Sequence record: NC_010583.1
Reading direction: 5' to 3' (one strand)
Origin: Escherichia phage Eps7
DNA: 64,000 nucleotides
Shown here: positions 56,919-64,000 of the stretch, one piece after another
Layout: each line of letters begins with the position of its first letter
Position numbering within the stretch: position 1 is the first letter of the stretch
Notes under the pieces: model-generated
What the model was told of the DNA's origin: nothing
What the model saw: the letters and a program-made list of their open reading frames with translations, nothing else
Databases searched by the model: none
Made by a program: the position numbers and the translations under genes

Positions 56919-56947
56919 ATTATACCAATATATGCGGGAGAAAGCAA
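56919..56947 (-). promoter_or_regulatory. sigma70-type early promoter
   Basis: ATTATA 56919-56924, AAGCAA 56942-56947, 17-bp spacer. Confidence 0.55.
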
Positions 56948-57138
56948 CTACAATTTTAAATAAGCCTATGATATTGCATTTAAATAAAAAATTTGCTTGC
57001 TTTTATTGGGAGATGTATGGTACTAGATAATCATTTTATATCGCGTACACGGGCGCGTGATTATACTATTTTTAATAGAGGTTGGCAAATAAAATTTTTT
57101 GACCCAGATCAATTTACAGAATGTTATAGTAAAATATT

Positions 57139-57168
57139 GTTGACATCCGCCTTCGAATGAGTTATAAT
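57139..57168 (+). promoter_or_regulatory. consensus sigma70 promoter (TTGACA-17-TATAAT) upstream of nrdD
   Basis: TTGACA 57139-57144, TATAAT 57163-57168; GGAGG RBS before ATG 57198. Confidence 0.65.
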
Positions 57169-57197
57169 AGTAGTCTTAGTTAGAGAAGGAGGGTATA

Positions 57198-59072
57198 ATG
57201 AATCGCAATGAAGAACTAAAATATAAAGGAATGCAGTCCTTAATTCGAAACTGCAAAGAAATTATCGAAGGTTCAGCAGATGAAGAGCTGCTGTTTAATA
57301 ATGCCAATAAACCCTCAGAACGTTTCCCTACACAAAGGGATATGCTTGCAGGGGAATTGAGTAAATATCTGATTCTGGAAGAAATGCCAATACAGATTCG
57401 AAATGCTCACATGATTGGTGATATTCACTTCCATGATGCTGATTACGCTGCGTTAGGTATGACTAACTGTTGCCTGGTTGCTTTGGAAGATATGTTGAAG
57501 AATGGTATGAAGGTTGGTAATGCTGAAATCAGTACACCAAACTCTATTACTACTGCGGCTGCTATTACAGCTCAGATTATCACTCAAGTTAGCTCCCATC
57601 AGTATGGTGGTACTTCTGTAGACCGATTAGATGAAGTATTGGCTCCTTATGTTCGTAAGTCTTACGATAAGAATCATGCGTTTGCAAAGCGTTGGACTAA
57701 GGATGAAGCCAAAGCATCTGTAATGGCTACGGAAATGACTGAGAAAGAAGTGTACGATGCCTGTCAAGGTCTAGAATATGAAATCAATACGATGTTCAAC
57801 TCTAATGGTCAGAGTCCATTTATTACCTTTGGGTTTGGTCTAGGAACTTCTTGGGAAGCACGTCTTGTACAGAAAGCAATCCTAGAAGTGCGTATGGATG
57901 GTTTGGGTATCAATAAACGTACTGCTATCTTCCCTAAACTGGTATTTGTTCTGCGAGATGGCGTAAACATGAAGCCTGGAGATGTCAACTACGATATCAA
58001 GAAGTTGGCTATGAAGTGTACTGCCGAACGTATGTATCCTGACTATATCAGCTATGATAAGGTTGTAGAAGTTACGGGAGACTACAAAGTCTCTATGGGC
58101 TGTCGTTCATTCCTGGCTGCTGCGGAAGATGGTGAAACTTCTGGTCGTAACAACTTAGGCGTTGTTTCCGTAAACCTTCCTCGAATCGCTATCGAAGCGG
58201 AAGGAAATATTGATCTATTCTTCGATCTGCTTGAGCTGCGTGTGGATACCGCGTTAAAAGCATTGGAGTGGAGAGTTGATCGCTTAAAATACATTCAAGC
58301 TAACGCTGCGCCCATCCTCTATATGTCAGGAGCCTTTGGATTACGTCTGGGGCCAGATGAATATGTATTTGATCATTTCTACAAGCGTGCTTCTGTATCC
58401 CTAGGATATATTGGCTGCCACGAAATGTTGCAGCTCATGTTTGGTAAAGATGTTGATACAATGTCTGAGTCTTGTATCAAGTTCGTTCAACGTGTGTTAC
58501 AATACATGCGTGATCGTGCTGATCAGAAGAAGGAAGAGACTCAATTAGGGTATAGTCTGTATGCTACACCATCTGAATCTCTATGTGATCGCTTCTGTCG
58601 TCTAGATCGTGAGTATTTCCCAGAGCATGAAGATATTCTGGCTAAAGGATATTACACTAACTCTCATCACCTTGATGTGGAGCGTAAGGTTGCTCCAAAT
58701 GTGAAGTTTGATTATGAGTCTAACTTTACTCCTATTGCTTCTGGTGGGTGCATTTCCTATGTGGAATTACCCGATATGAAACGATTCCCAGATGCGCTGG
58801 AATGGGTTATTAACTATGCTGCAAGTAAGGTTCATTACTTCGGTATTAATACTCCAGTAGACTCCTGTGGGGAATGTGGGTTCTTGGGTGAGACTATAGC
58901 TTCTGAGGATGGTTTCAAATGCCCTATTTGTGGCAACCATGACCCTGAGACTCTTGAGGTAACTCGTCGAGTTTGTGGATATCTTGGAAATCCAGGTGCT
59001 CGTCCGTTTAACCCAGGCAAACAGCATGAGGTAATGGGTCGAGTGAAACATCAGGACATTCGCGCTAAATAA
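57198..59072 (+). CDS. nrdD: anaerobic ribonucleoside-triphosphate reductase
   Basis: 624-aa ORF ending with glycine-radical motif RVCGYLG and CPICG zinc-ribbon. Confidence 0.8.
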   Translation: MNRNEELKYKGMQSLIRNCKEIIEGSADEELLFNNANKPSERFPTQRDMLAGELSKYLILEEMPIQIRNAHMIGDIHFHDADYAALGMTNCCLVALEDMLKNGMKVGNAEISTPNSITTAAAITAQIITQVSSHQYGGTSVDRLDEVLAPYVRKSYDKNHAFAKRWTKDEAKASVMATEMTEKEVYDACQGLEYEINTMFNSNGQSPFITFGFGLGTSWEARLVQKAILEVRMDGLGINKRTAIFPKLVFVLRDGVNMKPGDVNYDIKKLAMKCTAERMYPDYISYDKVVEVTGDYKVSMGCRSFLAAAEDGETSGRNNLGVVSVNLPRIAIEAEGNIDLFFDLLELRVDTALKALEWRVDRLKYIQANAAPILYMSGAFGLRLGPDEYVFDHFYKRASVSLGYIGCHEMLQLMFGKDVDTMSESCIKFVQRVLQYMRDRADQKKEETQLGYSLYATPSESLCDRFCRLDREYFPEHEDILAKGYYTNSHHLDVERKVAPNVKFDYESNFTPIASGGCISYVELPDMKRFPDALEWVINYAASKVHYFGINTPVDSCGECGFLGETIASEDGFKCPICGNHDPETLEVTRRVCGYLGNPGARPFNPGKQHEVMGRVKHQDIRAK

Positions 59073-59079
59073 TGAATCA

Positions 59080-59113
59080 GCCAGATCGCTAGTCGATCTG
59101 GCTTTTATTTTAT
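59080..59113 (+). terminator. rho-independent terminator after nrdD
   Basis: AGCCAGATCG-CTAGT-CGATCTGGCT followed by TTTTATTTT. Confidence 0.7.
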
Positions 59114-59141
59114 TTGCTTTCGAGCTAAAACTTATGTATAA

Positions 59142-59453
59142 TTGATTTATAAATTTGAGAGGAGAAAGACTATGAGCAAATTGCTTCCGAAAGTAGATGT
59201 TTCCCATCTTGGAGAGCCTAGTGAAGAACGTAAGGCTCTTGATTGGCTAGGTGGATTTGATTATCGTCGTGTTGTTGCAACATGGAATACTGGTAAGGTT
59301 AAAAAATTTCGTGTGCATTATGTTGGCAAAGATAAGTGGCTCTGGATCGATTATGAAGAATCGAAGGGATCTACTAAGGCTGTAAAAGTCTATCGTATGA
59401 ATGGGTATTATTATGCTCATTGTGATAAGAATGAATTTACAGTACAGAACTAA
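59142..59453 (+). CDS. hypothetical protein
   Basis: 103-aa ORF with GAGAGG RBS; lacks CxxxCxxC so not an NrdG activase. Confidence 0.5.
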   Translation: MIYKFERRKTMSKLLPKVDVSHLGEPSEERKALDWLGGFDYRRVVATWNTGKVKKFRVHYVGKDKWLWIDYEESKGSTKAVKVYRMNGYYYAHCDKNEFTVQN

Positions 59454-59462
59454 GGAACAAGA

Positions 59463-59666
59463 ATGAAGAACGTAAGACATCTTAAATATCGCTTAATTTA
59501 CAACGGACGTATGGAAACAGAAGATCTAGCTCAGCTAGCGATCAATTCAGATGAAGTTACGGTTCGTGCTTTATCTATTGAGAAGCTGCGTGCTTCTTAC
59601 GAAAATCGTATTATGGAACTGGAGGAGAAACTGTATGGACTTCTTGAATCAGAATCTAAAAAATAA
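59463..59666 (+). CDS. hypothetical protein
   Basis: 67-aa ORF. Confidence 0.45.
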   Translation: MKNVRHLKYRLIYNGRMETEDLAQLAINSDEVTVRALSIEKLRASYENRIMELEEKLYGLLESESKK

Positions 59667-59829
59667 TCTAGAAAACATGCTTATGGAGCAGTGGAACTCT
59701 GGGTATAATGCTGGGGTGGCTACTTGTATTGCGGGGTTGGATATGCTTATTAAGCAAGAAAAGGTACGTCCAGAAGAAGCAATTCTACTCCAAAATATCA
59801 TCGAAGGATTCAAGCAAGGAATCGTATAA
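59635..59829 (+). CDS. hypothetical protein
   Basis: track ORF 59551..59829 trimmed to Met after GGAGGAG RBS. Confidence 0.45.
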   Translation: MDFLNQNLKNNLENMLMEQWNSGYNAGVATCIAGLDMLIKQEKVRPEEAILLQNIIEGFKQGIV

Positions 59830-60643
59830 TGCGTAGACTAATCGTTGTTAGTGGTGCAGGTTTGAGTGTAGATAGTGGTGTTCGTGCTTTCCGTACTGAT
59901 ACTGCTAGTGGTAAAGCGTTGTGGGATGATTATGACCTAGAAGAGGTATGTAATATTCATGCCTTTCGTGGTAATTTTACCATAAAACTCATATGTTTTA
60001 CAACAAACGTCGTGAAGAGTTACAAACTGTTGAACCTAACCTAGCTCATTTGCGTATTGGTGAATGGTATAAACGGTATCCAAATCAAGTGGTAAACCTT
60101 ACTACCAATGTTGATGATCTAATCGAACGTGCTGGAGTGCCGAGAGAAGATATACTCCATATTCATGGATATCTGAAAGAAATTATTGTAGAGCATGCGT
60201 TCGACCAGACACGTGATGTTATTGATATTGGGTATAGTTCTATTGATCCAGATGACTTTGATTGGGTTAAACCTAACGTTATCTTCTTTGGTGAGGTTGC
60301 TCCTGCCTATAAAACAATGTATGAGGTTTTTGATGGTATCACCAGTCATGATATGATCATCATTGTTGGGTGCTCTAACCAAGTAATTAACTTCTACTGG
60401 GAGCTATTTCCTGTTCTGAATCTTACTGCTGCAAAACTTATGGTAGTTAACTATTACGATAGTGCAGTAGCTATGGAACCAGGCTATCAGGGCATGACTC
60501 GTAGTGAAATGTATCAGTTAGAAGAACGTGGTATTCCTTACTGGAGTAAAGGTGCTGTGGATGCCTTTAGTGATCCCGATTTTATTGCTCGTGTGGAAGC
60601 TCATCTAGAAGGTAAACCCTATGTTCAACAAAAGCATGTGTGA
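59829..60643 (+). CDS. Sir2-family (sirtuin-like) protein, frame interrupted near 60000
   Basis: N-terminal VVSGAGLSVDSGVRAFR and downstream TTNVDDL...HIHG resemble sirtuin motifs; two overlapping frames. Confidence 0.5.
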
Positions 60644-60803
60644 TCTTTTAGTGTGGCCGGATGGTAGTTGGTGCTACCGTTTCGAATTTGCTACCGATGA
60701 TTTCTCATGGAAGAGTGATGATTTCTGTGTTATCTATGAAGATACAGCAGAATGGAAAGAGTTCCTTATTAAGGAGGGAGAATATGGTGAAGAAGATTTT
60801 TAA
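60621..60803 (+). CDS. small acidic protein
   Basis: 60-aa ORF. Confidence 0.4.
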   Translation: MFNKSMCDLLVWPDGSWCYRFEFATDDFSWKSDDFCVIYEDTAEWKEFLIKEGEYGEEDF

Positions 60804-60969
60804 GGGTATCTGGAAAGGTCTAGTATGGTTTGTCAACCTAATCGGTATGATTACCATTTATTCTCTGTTCCTATCTGTTATGTGGGGTAAAGGTGAATTG
60901 AAGGTTCCAGTTCCTTTTACTGATGAAGTTAAAGTCTGGACGTGGGATGCTACTGGTGGAAATAAGTAA
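60784..60969 (+). CDS. small membrane protein
   Basis: track ORF 60661..60969 trimmed to Met after AGGAGGGAG RBS. Confidence 0.45.
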   Translation: MVKKIFKGIWKGLVWFVNLIGMITIYSLFLSVMWGKGELKVPVPFTDEVKVWTWDATGGNK

Positions 60970-61462
60970 TACTCCTATAATTTTCCTGGATATTGATGGG
61001 GTGCTCAATTCGAGCATCTCTCACCATCATGCTCCAGATAGTGAAAAGCTATTCTTTGGTAGTGATTGGGTTTATAAGCCATTACTCCAGGCTTTTCAGA
61101 ACTTCCTTAAACCTTCTCCAATAATGATTGTTGGGGTATCTTCATGGTTTTCTGTACGAAACGAGATGGAGAACGTCCAGAGTATGACCGGGCTCGGTTT
61201 GATCGATCGTTTTCTTGGTACAACAGATTTTACTGGTGGCGGTTTATCTCGTGGTAATTCTGTCTTACGTTTCGTAGAAAAACATAAGCTCAAGCATTGG
61301 TGCGTCCTAGATGATGCTGGTGCTATGATGTATCAATTTCCTACTGTTATTGTAAATGGCAGGACTGGAATAAACCTTCAAGATTTAAATGCTATCAGCT
61401 ATATGCTGGAGTTTAGTCCAGATCTTGAAATGTGTAAGGCTCTTCAGAAACTCAAGGTGTAA
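60947..61462 (+). CDS. HAD-like hydrolase
   Basis: FLDIDGVLN motif near N-terminus; start chosen to avoid overlap. Confidence 0.5.
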   Translation: MLLVEISNTPIIFLDIDGVLNSSISHHHAPDSEKLFFGSDWVYKPLLQAFQNFLKPSPIMIVGVSSWFSVRNEMENVQSMTGLGLIDRFLGTTDFTGGGLSRGNSVLRFVEKHKLKHWCVLDDAGAMMYQFPTVIVNGRTGINLQDLNAISYMLEFSPDLEMCKALQKLKV

Positions 61463-61464
61463 AT

Positions 61465-61893
61465 ATGTTCGATAATCTTTTCATGAAAGAGGTAAACCCT
61501 ATGCTCCTCAACTTCTGGCGATCTCTCCCTGATGGTATGTATAATGAAACCATCAATCTGCTCAAGATTTGGTGTGAGAATAACGATATCTTCTTATCCT
61601 TTAAAGGCCCACTAGAGGAAGCTCCGTGTATTGGAGTTAGCGTGGATTTAGGGGAGGGAGTAGAAGAGATTGTAGACTGGAAAGAACTAGATGAAATGGG
61701 TCTGGTTTTTGCCTTGAACCATAAGCTGTTTATGCCTGCAAATCACCGTCTTATTGTAAACTATCGCACTGGTGAAGCTCCTGCTTTCCAGGTAAATGAA
61801 CGGGAGGGCTGGTCATATTCGCCCGAAGAAGTAAATGAGGGGATTCAGAAACTTCGTCGTTTCGGGTATATGATCCCAGGTTTAACTGCTTAA
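61465..61893 (+). CDS. hypothetical protein (tandem paralog A)
   Basis: 142-aa ORF; shares W.EL..MGL..ALN...F.P......R...TGE. ... PGL pattern with next gene. Confidence 0.5.
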   Translation: MFDNLFMKEVNPMLLNFWRSLPDGMYNETINLLKIWCENNDIFLSFKGPLEEAPCIGVSVDLGEGVEEIVDWKELDEMGLVFALNHKLFMPANHRLIVNYRTGEAPAFQVNEREGWSYSPEEVNEGIQKLRRFGYMIPGLTA

Positions 61894-61902
61894 GGAGGCA
61901 GA

Positions 61903-62298
61903 ATGGAACAAGTATTTTGGCGTCAGATAGATCCTAGTTTGGTAGAGCGTGCTGAGGGGCTCCTTGCACGTTGGTTGGGGGTTGACAAGGTTAGTGTAAC
62001 ATTTCCGTTTACTTCTGTAACAGACCCTAGTGTAGGTGTCTTTGTGGACGAAGATGAAGATGATGGTTGGGAAGCTGACTGGAATGAATTGTCCAGTATG
62101 GGCTTGATTGTTGCCCTCAACTTCTCTATATTCCACCCACGTGGTTTAGCTATTACACGTGATCCCGAAACCGGTGAATCCCCTTATCTTTTGCAAGTAG
62201 AAGATGATATTTGGGAGTACACCGAAGATATTCTCGAAGAAGCTAAAGGTCAATTAAATCGCATTGGGATCTATGTTCCAGGCCTAAATGATGATTGA
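61903..62298 (+). CDS. hypothetical protein (tandem paralog B)
   Basis: 131-aa ORF similar to 61465..61893. Confidence 0.5.
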   Translation: MEQVFWRQIDPSLVERAEGLLARWLGVDKVSVTFPFTSVTDPSVGVFVDEDEDDGWEADWNELSSMGLIVALNFSIFHPRGLAITRDPETGESPYLLQVEDDIWEYTEDILEEAKGQLNRIGIYVPGLNDD

Positions 62299-62322
62299 TT
62301 TTCATTAGTCCAATCCTGATTA

Positions 62323-62349
62323 CCGAGTCATTTTGGCTCGGTTTTCTCT
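62323..62349 (+). terminator. rho-independent terminator
   Basis: CCGAG-loop-CTCGG followed by TTTTCTCTG. Confidence 0.55.
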
Positions 62350-62390
62350 GTGCTCAAAGACACTGATAGCACCTTACGGAAAAATTTTAC

Positions 62391-62419
62391 TTGCAGGATG
62401 GTCAAAATCTTGATATAAT
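62391..62419 (+). promoter_or_regulatory. sigma70-type promoter (TTGCAG-17-TATAAT) on plus strand
   Basis: TTGCAG 62391-62396, TATAAT 62414-62419, A-rich upstream. Confidence 0.5.
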
Positions 62420-62916
62420 ATTTATATTGAATTGAGAGACATTAGTAAAAATTGATTTTGCTAATTTTTCTTGTTTACAATCCGCAATACGGAACAGTTA
62501 GGCTGCCCCATTAAGGGTTGTTTTAACTATTACTAGTGTTTATACTGCATTAGTTAATTATCAATTAAGTGATCTGCGTACCCTGAATTCGGAAAGGTAA
62601 ATCCAAACCGTGCATATTTAGCTCGTTATATAGGCAGAGCTTTATATGGGGGTGCGAACGAAAAGAGCAGCGAATGGTGACACGTCCAGTAGCCACCTAC
62701 CAATAGGATAGTGAGGGCAATCAGAATCGGCTTAGCGGCCAATGACCTAGGTTCTGATCTGGATAAGAGTTAAGAGAGCGCAGCACTGAGGTATGATAAC
62801 TTATTCATACTGCTTGATGATGATTAATGTTTGTGTAAATGGTAGTAATAGTTGTTCTATTCTTTTGAATAGTCCTAAAGAAAGATATTCGAATAACCAA
62901 CATAGGAGTATTGTTG

Positions 62917-64000
62917 TGTTCTCAATCCTACAAGGTCACGCAGGATTTTCCAGAGATAAAGCTACTGGCATCTGGAAAGAGATCAAAGTGGAAGATTACA
63001 CCTTTGCAAAGCGATTCTCTAAAGAGCATCCAGAAGGTAAACCAGCTTCCATGCCCTTCAAATTTGATGTACTTGAAGAACTTGACCCGCAAAACCTTGC
63101 TGAAATGTTACCTATCATGCGTCGTCTTACCAAAGACCCGCATATTGTAGCTATTCGTGGTAAATGTTTAGCCCCAAAAGATAATGTGCGTCGTACCAGG
63201 GGAAACTTTAACGTATCCAATCCTAGTCATATTATTGCTATGGACGTGGATGGTATTGTAGATACTGGTGGCTATGACAAGTTTAATCTTGTTGGCATGG
63301 CACGTCATATTATTAAGATGTTGAATAGTATTAGTGAGGATATGTTTCCTCTTGATGCAGGGTTTATTGCCCATGCATCGTCTTCGGCTGGATTAAAACC
63401 AGGTATCCGAATGCACTTAATGCTAGAATCTAATGTCAAGGTAACGCAGGGACAGTTAAAGTTCTTATTTACATCTATCAATGATAGTAGTAAGCAAAAG
63501 TACGGCTTTGATATTGCTGACTTAGCTTATTATTCTTCTGTTCAGCTTCACTATTTCGCAGATCCCTTATTTGATGATGGTATAGTCGATCCGTTTAAAG
63601 CGGAGAATAAACCACGTCTTGTGTATGTTAAGGGTTCGAAGGTAAATCTACCTAATAACCTAGTTGACTTTGAAACAACTAGAGGTGAGTTTAAAGAAGA
63701 GTTCTACTCCTTACTTGACCAAATTAAAGGCAAGAAGGCTGCATCTGATAAAGTGGAAGAAACCATCAGCGAACTAGAAGAAGCTGAGGATGGAGTGTAC
63801 CTGCGTATTATTCCAAAACTTTATCACAGAGCGTTAGAAGATGGTGTTGACTTTACGTGGTTAGAACGTGAAATTAAACCAGCTTTATCTGAGTATATTG
63901 CGACTAAAGATAATAGTCGTAATATTCAAGATTACTTTAATAACGGTCGTAAGCAGGCTCTCAAAGCCTTTGTAAATAACTCCAAACGTGAGATTCCACC
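62917..64000 (+). CDS. partial ORF running off window end; possible replication (primase-like) protein
   Basis: GTG start after AGGAG RBS; open frame of ~360 codons to window end; function guessed from position only. Confidence 0.4.

Overview
This 64-kb window reads as the left end and early region of a T5-like (Tequintavirus-type) virulent coliphage genome. Layout: (1) 0.1-4.4 kb, minus-strand pre-early block (Dmp-like HAD phosphatase, A1-like metallophosphoesterase protein, small proteins); (2) 4.4-5.9 kb, non-coding region with inverted repeats and DnaA boxes; (3) 5.9-9.6 kb, plus-strand cassette of about 11 small genes bounded by ~135-bp inverted repeats; (4) 9.9-10.9 kb, repeat-dense non-coding region, possibly the terminal-repeat boundary; (5) 10.9-56.9 kb, long minus-strand early region with phosphatases, thioredoxin-like protein, holin/endolysin, dNMP kinase, about 30 tRNA genes interleaved with small ORFs, NadR/PnuC, RNase H, ThyA, DHFR, NrdB, an HNH endonuclease and NrdA, driven by a family of near-identical sigma70-type promoters; (6) 57.2-64 kb, plus-strand block (NrdD, Sir2-like, HAD-like, partial primase-like ORF). 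The most unusual item is a ~1.1-kb ORF-free, G+C-elevated segment (42709-43805) sitting directly downstream of one of these promoters. Many conserved genes are broken by single-base frame shifts at homopolymers, most simply explained by sequencing or assembly indels. All coordinates for tRNAs, promoters and terminators come from manual inspection and may be off by a few bases; no database search or folding software was run.
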